A stretch of 64,000 bases of DNA, from NCBI GenBank assembly GCA_944391485.1, contig CALXTQ010000009.1, positions 1,319-65,318 of the forward strand. Reading direction: 5' to 3'. A program made the translations under genes and the position numbers. This document shows positions 28,814 to 37,985 of this stretch, piece after piece (positions within the stretch are counted from its first letter, which is position 1; each line of letters starts with the position of its first letter). The notes beneath the pieces were generated by a model. It was not told the DNA's origin. It worked only from the letters and a program-made list of their open reading frames with translations, and made no database searches. Source of the stretch: an uncultured Alphaproteobacteria bacterium. GTDB taxonomy: Bacteria; Pseudomonadota; Alphaproteobacteria; RF32; CAG-239.

Positions 28814-30123
28814 CAGAGAATAAATTTCGACAAATCGTTTGCTTCGGTGTATTTGGAAAGTTTTTCTTCAACCATCTGCGCGGTAATAACCGCTTTTTCA
28901 CCGCTGCGGTCTGACGCCGTATAGCTGATGTCTTCGAGAAGAATTTCCAAAACCGTGTGCAGACGACGGGCGCCGATGTTTTCCACGTTTTCGTTGATGG
29001 CAACGGCTATGTCCGCGATCTTGTCTATCGCTTCTTTTTCAAACTCCAAATCAAAATTTTCGGTTTTCATCAGGGCGATATACTGCTCAATGAGGTTGGC
29101 TTCCGGTTCGGTAAGAATCCGGACAAAATCTTCGTGATTTAAGGCTTTAAGCTCTACGCGAATCGGCAGACGGCCCTGAAGTTCGGGGAGGAGATCCGAC
29201 GGCTTGGACAGATGAAAGGCGCCGGAACAGATAAAGAGAATATGGTCGGTTTTGACCATGCCGTATTTGGTGGTTACGGTGGTTCCCTCAATCAGGGGCA
29301 GCAGGTCTCTCTGGACGCCTTCGCGCGAAACGTCTCCGCCGCGCCGGTCGTCTTTACCGGCGATTTTGTCAATCTCATCAATGAAGACAATTCCGTCATT
29401 TTCAACGGTGTGAATGGCTTCCCGGATGATGGCGTCATTGTCGAGGAGCTTGTCGCTTTCTTCGTCCATCAGAATCTGATAAGCTTCGCCAATGGTCATT
29501 TTTCTGGTTTTGTATCTGTCGCCGAAAGATTTTCCGAAAATGTCGCCGAGACTGATCATCCCCATCTGGGCTCCCGGCATGCCCGGAATATCAATGGTGG
29601 GCATGGAAGGGTTTGTGTTGTCCAGCACGCTGATCTCGATTTCCTTGTCATTGAGCTGGTTTTCGCGCAGCAGTTTACGGAATTTCTGTTTGGTTTCATC
29701 ACCGGCGCCGACGCCGACCAGAGCTTCCAGAACCCTTTCTTCAGCGGCAGTTTCGGCTTTTGCCGCCACATTTTTGCGCATTTCCTTTTTTGTGTCGGCA
29801 ATGGAAATTTCCAGCAGGTCGCGGATGGTGGATTCAACGTCGCTGCCCACATAGCAGATTTCCGTAAACTTCGTGGCCTCAACCTTGATGAACGGCGCTT
29901 TGGCAAGCTTTGCCAGACGGCGCGAGATTTCCGTTTTGCCGACGCCGGTCGGTCCGACCATCAGAATGTTTTTGGGGACAATTTCCTCTTTTAAGTGTTC
30001 TGACAGCTGCATGCGGCGCCAGCGGTTGCGCAAAGCGATGGCTACGGCCTTTTTGGCTTCGCATTGCCCGACAATGAAGCGGTCGAGTTCCGATACGATT
30101 TCGCGGGGACTGAAATTGGCCAT
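28813..30123 (-). CDS. hslU: ATP-dependent protease ATPase subunit HslU
   Basis: 436 aa. [15 protein letters not shown]-terminus, Walker [17 protein letters not shown]-domain, sensor motifs. Confidence 0.9.
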   Translation of the reverse strand: MANFSPREIVSELDRFIVGQCEAKKAVAIALRNRWRRMQLSEHLKEEIVPKNILMVGPTGVGKTEISRRLAKLAKAPFIKVEATKFTEICYVGSDVESTIRDLLEISIADTKKEMRKNVAAKAETAAEERVLEALVGVGAGDETKQKFRKLLRENQLNDKEIEISVLDNTNPSMPTIDIPGMPGAQMGMISLGDIFGKSFGDRYKTRKMTIGEAYQILMDEESDKLLDNDAIIREAIHTVENDGIVFIDEIDKIAGKDDRRGGDVSREGVQRDLLPLIEGTTVTTKYGMVKTDHILFICSGAFHLSKPSDLLPELQGRLPIRVELKALNHEDFVRILTEPEANLIEQYIALMKTENFDLEFEKEAIDKIADIAVAINENVENIGARRLHTVLEILLEDISYTASDRSGEKAVITAQMVEEKLSKYTEANDLSKFIL

Positions 30124-30124
30124 T

Positions 30125-30649
30125 TTAATCTACCTTTTCAAGAATAACATTATGGTTTGTGAATACGTCGATATCGCCGGCGATTTTCAGCGCTTTGCGG
30201 GCGATTTCCTCCAGAGAAAGGTCTTCAATGTCGTACAGGGCTTTGGCCGCGGCCATGGCATAATTGCCTCCGGAGCCGATGCCGATGATGCCGTCATCGG
30301 GTTCCATGACTTCGCCGGTGCCGGAGATGACCAGAGAAACGTCGCGGTCGGCTACGATCATAAAAGCCTGAAGCTGACGCAGATATTTGTCCATGCGCCA
30401 GTCTTTGGCCAGTTCGACAGCGGCTCGTTTGAGCTGATTGGCATGTTTTTCCAGTTTGCCTTCCAGACGTTCAATAAGCGTTATGCCGTCGGCGGCCGCT
30501 CCCGCAAAACCGGCGATGATGCTGCCGTTGCCGATGCGGCGGACTTTGACGGATTTTGATTTGAAAATTACGGATTCCCCGAGGGTTGCCTGCCCGTCGC
30601 CGGCCATGACAACTTCGTGTCCTTTGCGAACGCATAAAATCGTGGTCAT
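30125..30649 (-). CDS. hslV: ATP-dependent protease proteolytic subunit HslV
   Basis: 174 aa. [10 protein letters not shown] (N-terminal Thr nucleophile after Met removal) and GDGQATLG. Confidence 0.9.
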   Translation of the reverse strand: MTTILCVRKGHEVVMAGDGQATLGESVIFKSKSVKVRRIGNGSIIAGFAGAAADGITLIERLEGKLEKHANQLKRAAVELAKDWRMDKYLRQLQAFMIVADRDVSLVISGTGEVMEPDDGIIGIGSGGNYAMAAAKALYDIEDLSLEEIARKALKIAGDIDVFTNHNVILEKVD

Positions 30650-30798
30650 CAGATTATCCTGTTTTAAATTGCAACTGCTGTTAATTTAGGGTGCGCAACA
30701 TGAAAAAGCAAGAGTTATCCAGAGATTGCTCCGGGATAAAATCCCGGCAAGAAAATGCCCGGCTGGGAAAATGTCCCGCCGGGCAGGCGTTTCGGATT

Positions 30799-32994
30799 TT
30801 ATTTCCTTTCGGAGGCGTCCATCGGTTTGGGATCTTTAGGACCGGAATTTTTCCTGATGGCTTCCGTCAGGGGTTTGTAAACGGCTTTTTCCCACGGCCT
30901 CTTGTCGGTAAATTCTTTGCCGCAGATCGATAGACCAAGGCTGCGCAGCGCCGTTTCCGTCGGAACAAACAGGTCGGGATCATCTTCTTTCTGTTTGGCC
31001 GAGGACGCAAAGCCGTTGATCGTGCCATGCTCGTCTATTAAGGCGCCGCCGATGGTAACGGTCTGTACGAAAGTGTCAATAATGATTTCCGCGCCTTTTT
31101 CTTCCGAATAGCGGTAACCGGAAACCGTTCCGCTGTCGTCCAGATATCCCTCGCCGTTTTCAAAACTGCCATCAATGTTGAGCAGGCCGAGAGCAATAAA
31201 TTTGCCCTGTCCGACTTCCGGCAGATCCAGATTCAGCGACAGAGGCGTATAGCGCGTTTTTTCATCCAGAAGCAGCAAGGCGGTATTTTTGCTCGGGTTG
31301 ATACGGAAAGCGCTGGCCTTCAGTTTTCCGCCGTTGATGGTCTCAAGGTCGTATCTGTTGTTTTCTTTGGTAATCAGGTCGGCGGAGGTCAGCACAAACT
31401 GGTCGGAGACAATCAGCCCGGCGCCTTTTTTACCTTTTGAGTTGGTTATGGAGACAATGGAAGCGCGAACGCGGTACAGATTTTCCGGCGTCAGTTTTTC
31501 ATAGGGATCGCGGTCAATGATGCAGAGGCTGTCGGCGCTTTCGAAATAGCCTTCTTCCACGGCGGCGCGTTTTTCGGACGGTAGGTCGATCCATGAATCG
31601 TCAACCATAATGATGTTGCCGTCTTTCTGTTCGCCCGAACCGGTGGAAACGAAGCCGCTTTTTTCGTCAATGTCAGTCAGGGGTTCGGCGTCAGCCAGCA
31701 GACAGATACCGCCGGTTTCGAGTGTTTCGCCGCTGTCGGTGATCAGGCCGTAGTTTTCTTCGACGAGGCCGTCGTCAGGAACAAGTGTCAGCACCTCCTG
31801 CGGTTCTTCGGGAACAAGTTCGACTACGGGAACCTGCTGAACAACGGGGCAGTTCAGGTTTGCTGCGTCGTCAGGAACGGGATTAAGCGCGCAGGGGCAG
31901 CTTAAGTTTGGCGTGCCGTCAGCGTTCAGGGCACAAGGACAGCAGACAGGACAGTCAGGACAAGCGGGGCAGTTGCCGACTTCTGCTGCAGCTGCGACTT
32001 TGATTTCAGGTTCGAATTTGCATTTGACCGGATCGCTCAGAATTTCGAGATCGACCAGCGCCTGACGCTGCGCCGCCAGTTCTTCGGGGCTGACGCGCTG
32101 CGCAAGTTGTTTTTCAAAGCCGGGCAGGTTGCGCAGGTTTGACACCGCGTCGGCAAAAGCGGATTCAATCAGGGCGATTTCGGCGTTGTATTCGCCTTCC
32201 CGGACTTCGCCGTATCCGGTTGAAGTTCCTTTCCACAGGACGTTTGTTTTGGTGATGTCCATGAGGCGCCAGACGACCGTCATTTCGGATGTGCCGGTGC
32301 GTTTGTCGGCTTTTTCGCCTTTATCCCAGCTGTATTCGTCGCAGAGATTCATAAAATAATCGGTGATTTCGGCAGTCAGGATATATTCCGGCAGCGGAGA
32401 CGGGCTGGTTTCCAGACACAGGTCGGATGGCATTTTAATAATTGGGTAGCAGCTGCCGACCATTTCGTTGAAAATGCGGATGAATTCCATGTCTTTCTGC
32501 ATAACGCGGCCCTGGTTCAGAATGGCTTCCTTGTCGTAACGGCGGCAGCCGAAAATACGGAAACGGTAATTGCCGAGCTTGGTTGTAAAGGGTTCGTAGC
32601 CGCGGCCTTTTTTTATGCGGAAATCGACGTATTCCAGCATGACCGGGGCAAAGTTTTTGCAATCACGGTAGACGGAACGGTAGATTTCGTCATCGTAGGC
32701 GACTTCATAGTTTCTTACGCGTTTTTTGGGCTTTTCGTCGCAACAGGTTGTGGGGCAGCTGACGCAGCTTCCGCCCGGAAAAATACTGCCGTCCTTGTCT
32801 TCCGGACAGGCCGTGCATTTGCCGCCGGGAAACATGCTGCCGTCGCGTTGGGGAGCTTCCGTGCCGAAAAAGGCTTTGACGCTGTCGGCCGCTGAGGAGG
32901 CTGACGCAGTCAAAAGCACTCCGCCGGCGACCAGTGCCGGAAGAAAGAAAAATTTCATAGCTTGTTGAATTTTCATTATTTTTATACTCCTCAA
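30799..32994 (-). CDS. secreted Cys/Pro-rich multidomain protein with a C-terminal trypsin-like fold lacking catalytic His and Ser (predicted pseudo-protease)
   Basis: Signal peptide (FFFLPALVAGGVLLTASASSAADS). Tandem Cys-rich repeats (SMFPGGKCTACPEDKDG / SIFPGGSCVSCPTTCCDEKP), visible as a DNA direct repeat at ~32760-32860. Cys/Pro cluster CPACPDCPVCCPCALNADGTPNLSCPCALNP. The C-terminal ~200 aa has chymotrypsin-fold spacing, but LTSADL replaces the LTAAH His motif and TIGGALID replaces GDSGGP. The start is 1 bp after the comM stop. Confidence 0.6.
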   Translation of the reverse strand: MRSIKIMKIQQAMKFFFLPALVAGGVLLTASASSAADSVKAFFGTEAPQRDGSMFPGGKCTACPEDKDGSIFPGGSCVSCPTTCCDEKPKKRVRNYEVAYDDEIYRSVYRDCKNFAPVMLEYVDFRIKKGRGYEPFTTKLGNYRFRIFGCRRYDKEAILNQGRVMQKDMEFIRIFNEMVGSCYPIIKMPSDLCLETSPSPLPEYILTAEITDYFMNLCDEYSWDKGEKADKRTGTSEMTVVWRLMDITKTNVLWKGTSTGYGEVREGEYNAEIALIESAFADAVSNLRNLPGFEKQLAQRVSPEELAAQRQALVDLEILSDPVKCKFEPEIKVAAAAEVGNCPACPDCPVCCPCALNADGTPNLSCPCALNPVPDDAANLNCPVVQQVPVVELVPEEPQEVLTLVPDDGLVEENYGLITDSGETLETGGICLLADAEPLTDIDEKSGFVSTGSGEQKDGNIIMVDDSWIDLPSEKRAAVEEGYFESADSLCIIDRDPYEKLTPENLYRVRASIVSITNSKGKKGAGLIVSDQFVLTSADLITKENNRYDLETINGGKLKASAFRINPSKNTALLLLDEKTRYTPLSLNLDLPEVGQGKFIALGLLNIDGSFENGEGYLDDSGTVSGYRYSEEKGAEIIIDTFVQTVTIGGALIDEHGTINGFASSAKQKEDDPDLFVPTETALRSLGLSICGKEFTDKRPWEKAVYKPLTEAIRKNSGPKDPKPMDASERK

Positions 32995-32995
32995 C

Positions 32996-34513
32996 CTATT
33001 TGGACAGCATTCTGCGGCGGAGCGACAGAGCTTCGGCTATGTGCAGTTTAAGGACTTTTTCGGCATTTTGCAAGTCCGCAATCGTTCTTGCTAACCGCAA
33101 AATGCGGTGGTAGGCGCGGGCGGAAATCCGGGCTTTGCCGGCAAAATCGATGAGGAGATTCCGGGCGTCGCCGTCCAAGGCCGCCGCCTGTTCCAGAAGG
33201 TCGCCTTTCAGTTGGGCGTTGACGGTCAGCTCCGGATGTCCGAATCGGCGGAAACGTTCAGCCTGAATTTGGCGCGCCCGGATAACTCTTTCGCGGATTT
33301 GGGCGGAGGTTTCGCCTTTGGGGGCGCCGCCGATTTCCCACGGCGTTACGGCCGGGACTTCAATATGGATGTCGATACGGTCGAGAAGGGGGCCGGAAAT
33401 TTTTGCCTGATATTCTTCGGCGCATTTCGGCGCGCGGGAGCATTCGAGACCGCGGTCACCCAGATGACCGCAGCGACAGGGGTTCATGGCCGCAATCAGC
33501 TGAAACTCCGCCGGATATTGCGTATGAGCGTTGACGCGGGAAATGGTGATGCTGCCGTTTTCGAGCGGCTGACGCAGGGCTTCGAGCGCCGCGCGGCTGA
33601 ATTCCGGCAGCTCGTCCAAAAACAGGACGCCGTTGTGAGCCAGAGAGATTTCCCCTGGTTGTCCTTTCCGCCCGCCGCCGACCAGAGCCGGGGTTGACGC
33701 GCTGTGGTGCGGGGCGCGGTAAGGGCGCTCAAGACATATCCGTCCGTCTTTCAGCTCTCCGGCGACGGAATGAATCATGCTAGTTTCAAGCGCTTCTTCC
33801 GGCGTCAGGGGCGGCAAAATCGAAGGCAGACGCGCCGCCAGCATGGATTTTCCGGCGCCGGGAGGCCCGACCATCAGCAGGTTGTGGCCGCCGGCCGCGG
33901 CGATTTCGAGAGCGTGTTTGGCCGTTTCCTGTCCTTTAACGTCGCTCATATCCAAAACGGCGGTATTTTTGACAGGCTGCGGACGCACCGGAGCAGGCAC
34001 CAGCTGCGTGCCCTTAAAATGATTGATCAGGGACAGCAGGCTGTCCGGGGCAATGATGTCGCGAAGACCGGACCAGGCGGCTTCTCCGCCGTTGGCCGCG
34101 GGACAGATAAGCCCTTTATGAGCCCTGTTGGCGCGGATGGCAACCGGCAAAACGCCGTTGACGGGAGCAACGGACGCGTCAAGCCCGAGTTCGCCGAGCA
34201 CAATATAATTGTCCAGTTCTTCCTGCGGGATGACGCCCATTCCGGCCAGCAGCCCGAGGGCGACGGCAAGATCAAAATGCGAGCCTTCCTTGACAAGGTC
34301 GGCGGGAGCCAGATTGAGGGTTATTCTTTTGGGCGGAAGACCCAGACCCAGAGACTGCAGGGCGGCGCGGACGCGGTCGCGGCTTTCGGCCACTGATTTG
34401 TCGGGCAGGCCGACAATGGTAAAAGCGGGCAGACCCGAAGAGATCTGGACCTGAAGGTTAACATCGAGAATTTCCAAACCATTGAACGCGACGGTATTGA
34501 TGCGGGCCAGCAT
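32996..34513 (-). CDS. comM: Mg-chelatase-like AAA+ ATPase YifB/ComM
   Basis: 505 aa. N-terminal Lon-like domain, Walker A MVGPPGAGKSML, Walker B VLFLDELPEF, C-terminal Mg-chelatase subunit ChlI C-domain. Confidence 0.85.
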   Translation of the reverse strand: MLARINTVAFNGLEILDVNLQVQISSGLPAFTIVGLPDKSVAESRDRVRAALQSLGLGLPPKRITLNLAPADLVKEGSHFDLAVALGLLAGMGVIPQEELDNYIVLGELGLDASVAPVNGVLPVAIRANRAHKGLICPAANGGEAAWSGLRDIIAPDSLLSLINHFKGTQLVPAPVRPQPVKNTAVLDMSDVKGQETAKHALEIAAAGGHNLLMVGPPGAGKSMLAARLPSILPPLTPEEALETSMIHSVAGELKDGRICLERPYRAPHHSASTPALVGGGRKGQPGEISLAHNGVLFLDELPEFSRAALEALRQPLENGSITISRVNAHTQYPAEFQLIAAMNPCRCGHLGDRGLECSRAPKCAEEYQAKISGPLLDRIDIHIEVPAVTPWEIGGAPKGETSAQIRERVIRARQIQAERFRRFGHPELTVNAQLKGDLLEQAAALDGDARNLLIDFAGKARISARAYHRILRLARTIADLQNAEKVLKLHIAEALSLRRRMLSK

Positions 34514-34519
34514 GTCTGC

Positions 34520-34870
34520 CTACCAACGGGGAGTTCTTTCCCCGGGGCGCCAGCGGCGGGTGGGGTAGGTGTCGACCTGAAGACGGTCGTATTTGGCGAT
34601 TTTGTATGGAATGTCGCGCAGGCGGACGTAACCCTCGCTTTCGTATATCTGAGCGCAGGTTTCGGCGGATTCATAAACGCTGTTGTAGCAGCGGATGATG
34701 ACGCGGGTTTTGAGGTTTTGCAGTGGGATGAAAGGTTCTTCGTTGGCTACATAGGGGCGGGGCAGTGCTCCTTCCGGCATGGGCTTTTCGGGCGCGAGCG
34801 AACAGCCGGTGGCCAGAAGGCACCCGGCAAGAAGCGAGAATATGGCTGTTTTGTTATGCATTTTCCGCAA
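34520..34870 (-). CDS. small lipoprotein (116 aa), unknown function
   Basis: Lipobox LLATGC after a hydrophobic signal. 6 bp upstream of comM, so probably co-transcribed. Confidence 0.55.
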   Translation of the reverse strand: MRKMHNKTAIFSLLAGCLLATGCSLAPEKPMPEGALPRPYVANEEPFIPLQNLKTRVIIRCYNSVYESAETCAQIYESEGYVRLRDIPYKIAKYDRLQVDTYPTRRWRPGERTPRW

Positions 34871-35082
34871 AATACCCCTTGGTTTTAATCCCAGTTATAG
34901 CCCATAATGGTTAAAATAATATTTATATGTTAAAAATGCTTGCAAAAATAAAGTTTTAGGGTATATTCGCAGTCGTCCCTTGCTGAAGACTCTGACTTTA
35001 TAACAATAAAACCGGCTTCAGCTATACAAGAACCCGGCTCGTTTGAGCCATTTGTTGAGAATCCATAAGGAGATATTTTATA

Positions 35083-35417
35083 TGGCAAATTATGAAAGCG
35101 TGCTGATTGCACGTCAGGATCTCGGCACCTCTCAGGTTAACAACATTGTTTCGGAACTGAGCGATGTTATTAAGAAAGAGGGCGGCGAGGTTGTCAAAGT
35201 CGATAACTGGGGTCTGAAGAACCTGGCTTACCGCATCAAGAAAAACCGCAAAGGTCATTATGTTCTGCTGAATATTACTGCTCCGGCCAACGCCATTGCA
35301 GAATATGAACGTATCATGAGATTCAACGAAGACATTATCCGCTACATGACCGTCAAAGTCGACGAGTTCAAAGAACTTGTCTCTTCCGACGACAGAGAAG
35401 CGGCTGCAGAAGAATAG
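35083..35417 (+). CDS. rpsF: 30S ribosomal protein S6
   Basis: Start [13 protein letters not shown] with SD AAGGAGA 8 nt upstream (the ORF-track start at 35043 is too early). Acidic C-terminal tail. Confidence 0.85.
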
Positions 35418-35427
35418 GAGAAACATA

Positions 35428-35655
35428 ATGGCTAAACAAGTATTCTTTAGAAGAAAAAAAGCTTGTCCGTTTTCCGGCGAAGACGGCCTGACCATCGACT
35501 ATAAGGATGTCAAACTCCTTTCCAGATATATTTCCGAGAAAGGCAAAATCATCCCCAGCCGCATTACGGCTGTTTCTGCAAAAAAACAGAGAGAGCTGGC
35601 CCGCGCCATCAAACGCGCGCGTTATCTGGCCCTGCTTCCGTATGTTGCAGCTTAA
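35428..35655 (+). CDS. rpsR: 30S ribosomal protein S18
   Basis: [72 protein letters not shown] is canonical S18. Confidence 0.85.
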   Translation: MAKQVFFRRKKACPFSGEDGLTIDYKDVKLLSRYISEKGKIIPSRITAVSAKKQRELARAIKRARYLALLPYVAA

Positions 35656-35668
35656 GAGGAGAAATGAT

Positions 35669-36154
35669 ATGGAAGTTATCCTTTTAGAACATGTTGAAAA
35701 GCTGGGTAAAATGGGCGATAAAGTAACGGTTAAGACCGGTTACGCCCGCAACTACCTTCTGCCGCAGAAGAAAGCTCTCCGCGCTACCGAAGCCAATGTA
35801 GCTTTCTATGAAAAACAGAAAGCCGAACTGGAAGCCCATAACAAGGCTCTGTTCGAAGCCGCTTCCGCCAAGGCCGAATCCCTGAAGGGATACAGCGCTG
35901 TTCTGGTCCGCCAGGCCGCTGAAACAGGCCAGCTGTACGGTTCTGTTACCATTCGCGACATTGCCGCCGCCATCAAAGCTTCCGGTTTTGATGTTGAGCG
36001 CCGTTGCGTTTATCTGGAAAAGCCGATTAAAGACCTCGGCATTTATCAGGTAAAACTGAACCTGCATCCTGAAGTTTCTCAGACGATTCTGGTTAATGTT
36101 GCCAGAACCGAAGATGATGCGAAGAAGCAGGAAAAGGCTTATAACAAAGAATAA
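35669..36154 (+). CDS. rplI: 50S ribosomal protein L9
   Basis: MEVILLEHVEKLGKMGDKVTVKTGYARNYLLPQKKA is a canonical L9 N-domain. rpsF-rpsR-rplI order without priB. Confidence 0.85.
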   Translation: MEVILLEHVEKLGKMGDKVTVKTGYARNYLLPQKKALRATEANVAFYEKQKAELEAHNKALFEAASAKAESLKGYSAVLVRQAAETGQLYGSVTIRDIAAAIKASGFDVERRCVYLEKPIKDLGIYQVKLNLHPEVSQTILVNVARTEDDAKKQEKAYNKE

Positions 36155-36391
36155 TTAAAGTTTGTCTGGTGATTAACCAGTACGGAACTTGCGAATAAAC
36201 CGGCCGGTCTGAGGTATATTGGACCGGCTGGCTTTTTTTATTCTTATCATCCGCCGCATATACCGGCTTTATATAAACTTATTGGGTCGTTATCCGCTCA
36301 GAATGGGCGAAATCAGCAGGAACTTCTCCGGCCGAAAACGGCCGGGGGAGTTTTGTTGTTTTGGGGAAGGGGATTTTCTACCGGCTGCGGG

Positions 36392-36648
36392 GTTTGGGCG
36401 CGCGGGTTGGTGATGTTTGAGGCGGAAGCGCGGGGCTGCGGGTTGGCCGGTGTCTGTTGCTGTAACGGGGATTGAGCACAGGGCGGTTGGCGCGCGGATT
36501 GGTGGTGTCTGGGTAGGAAGCGCGGGGCTGCGGGTTGGCCGGTGTCTGTTGTTGTAACGGAGATTGGGCACAGGGCGGTTGGTGCGCAGGGTTGGTGATG
36601 TTTGAGGCGGAAGCGCGGAGCTGCGGGGTGGCCGGTGTCTGTCAAGCT
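36392..36648. repeat. G-rich intergenic tandem repeat, ~2.7 copies of a 93-95 bp unit, itself built from two related ~45-bp half-units
   Basis: Copies at 36392-36486, 36487-36578 and a partial copy 36579-36648 (GTTGG(C/T)GCGC(G/A)GG(A/G)TTGGTG...GAAGCGCGGGGCTGCGGGTTGGCCGGTGTCTGTTG(C/T)TGTAACGG(G/A)GATTG(A/G)GCACAGGGCG), about 90% identical. Minus-strand ORFs 36290..36571 and 36313..36645 only repeat TDTGQPAAPRF, which is a repeat artefact. Confidence 0.8.
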
Positions 36649-36689
36649 TTGGTTGAAAATCTTTTTTCTATTGCAATTCTATATGATCT

Positions 36690-37262
36690 CAGATAGTATT
36701 CTTAACGGGTAATAGTGTTGCCAAGTTCTGTTTTTGCGCAGAAAAGCGGCATTATGCAGAGCGGTGCTCGCCCAGGGCTTCCAACCCTTCGCATATACAG
36801 AACCCTCCTTTGGGGGAGCTAACGATATAAGCTCCTTTGGAGGCGAATAAGTTAGACTGTCGTATGCGCAGGTTGGAACTCCCTCACCTTTCTCAAGGCT
36901 GAGGGTTTTGTTTTAGAGGGCAGGTAAAACAAGTAAAAAAGACTGCCGGCAGGGTGTTTTGAGTAAGAGAAAAACAATCTTGCCAAGCTGAACATATTAT
37001 TATAAGCTGAGTTTAAGATTGTACTCTGAACAATTTAGAACCTAGGGGTTCGGGAGCTTTGAAGAGCTCTTGCACAAGGGGCTGTGTTGACGTCTGGTTG
37101 GCACAGCTTCTGGTATTTCTCAATACCAGTATTATTTATATCTTGACTCTTTTCACGGTCGAGATGGCGCCTGTGTATGTCCAGGGGGGAAACCCTTAAA
37201 GACAGGTGCAGTTGGCCTTGTGCAACTCTTCAACGTCTCGACCGCCTTTTTTTCAAGGCGGT
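36690..37262 (+). ncRNA. candidate structured non-coding RNA(s) of unknown family in the rplI-XRE gap, ending at two intrinsic terminators (about 36925 and 37262)
   Basis: No ORF on either strand over ~600 bp. Dense nested hairpins: CTCCTTTGGGGGAG / CTCCTTTGGAGG twin stem-loops, GCTGTG-(15 nt)-CACAGC, CTGGTA-tttctcaa-TACCAG, a long-range GGTCGAGAtG...CgTCTCGACC stem (one G-U wobble), and the self-complementary CCTGCCGGCAGG and AAGAGCTCTT. Terminator 1 is CCCTCAcc-tttctcaag-GCTGAGGG + TTTTGTTTT (36885-36925). Terminator 2 is at 37242-37267. Confidence 0.25.
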
Positions 37263-37267
37263 TTTTT
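37242..37267 (+). terminator. Rho-independent terminator immediately upstream of the XRE gene
   Basis: CCGCCTT-tttttc-AAGGCGG followed by TTTTTTG. Confidence 0.6.
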
Positions 37268-37298
37268 GTTAAAGATACCGGAAGAAAAGGATTGAAAA

Positions 37299-37853
37299 AT
37301 GAATTCAGACAATCGGACTTTTTCTAGGACTATCTCATCAAGAATTTCAGCGCGCGGCCGCCGTGAGGACGGACAGCCCAATCCCATAGATATCTATATC
37401 GGGCAGCGTATCCGCCAGCGGCGCGAGATGCTTTTTCTCTCGCAGGAAAATTTCGGCAGGGCGCTGGGACTGGCGTTTCAGCAGGTGCAAAAATATGAAA
37501 AGGGGCAAAACCGGGTTTCGGCCAGCCGTCTGTGGGATATTGCGCAGTTGTTGATGGTTGACTTCTCATATTTTTTTCAGGGAATGGATGATTATGCCAA
37601 AAACAACAGCCCGCGGGTGCTTGCCGGCGCGCCGAAAACGGAAAACCTTATGGTTTTTAAGGAAGATCCTTTGTTTCGCGCAGACGTGCTCTCTCTGGTG
37701 CATGCTTATCTGAAAATCGGCAGTCCGGTGTTTGCCGAACATCTGCGCGAAATTGCCGCCGCCTTTGCGGATTCTTTTATCATGAAGAAAAGGGCTTATG
37801 ACAAAGGAAAGAAAGCGGCTCTCTGCAAAGAAAAAACCGCCGCGGCCGAGTAG
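37299..37853 (+). CDS. XRE-family transcriptional regulator with extended C-terminal domain (184 aa)
   Basis: HTH region QRIRQRREMLFLSQENFGRALGLAFQQVQKYEKGQNRVSASRLWDIAQLL, then a ~90-aa C-terminal domain of unknown function. Confidence 0.6.
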   Translation: MNSDNRTFSRTISSRISARGRREDGQPNPIDIYIGQRIRQRREMLFLSQENFGRALGLAFQQVQKYEKGQNRVSASRLWDIAQLLMVDFSYFFQGMDDYAKNNSPRVLAGAPKTENLMVFKEDPLFRADVLSLVHAYLKIGSPVFAEHLREIAAAFADSFIMKKRAYDKGKKAALCKEKTAAAE

Positions 37854-37985
37854 AGCCGCGCCGGCCTTTTGCCGAACGGAATATCGGTTCTGCCGGCAAA
37901 GGAACGGGCAATAAAGAAACCCCCGCGTTTCGGCGCGGGGGTTTCAGGTCTGTGAAAAAAAGCTGCCGGATTATCCGGAGCCTCT

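Noticed and set aside
36290-36645. Two overlapping minus-strand ORFs (93 and 110 aa) with repeated TDTGQPAAPRF peptides
   Set aside because: They are translations of the 93-95 bp tandem DNA repeat. The periodic amino-acid repeat is an artefact, and there is no start or RBS context.
36800-36850. Possible tmRNA tag reading frame (GCT AAC GAT... = A-N-D-...)
   Set aside because: The frame reads ANDISSFGGE-stop and lacks the hydrophobic xAA C-terminal degron. No GGGG 5' end, T-arm GGTTCGAnTCC or CCA-ending acceptor elements were found nearby.
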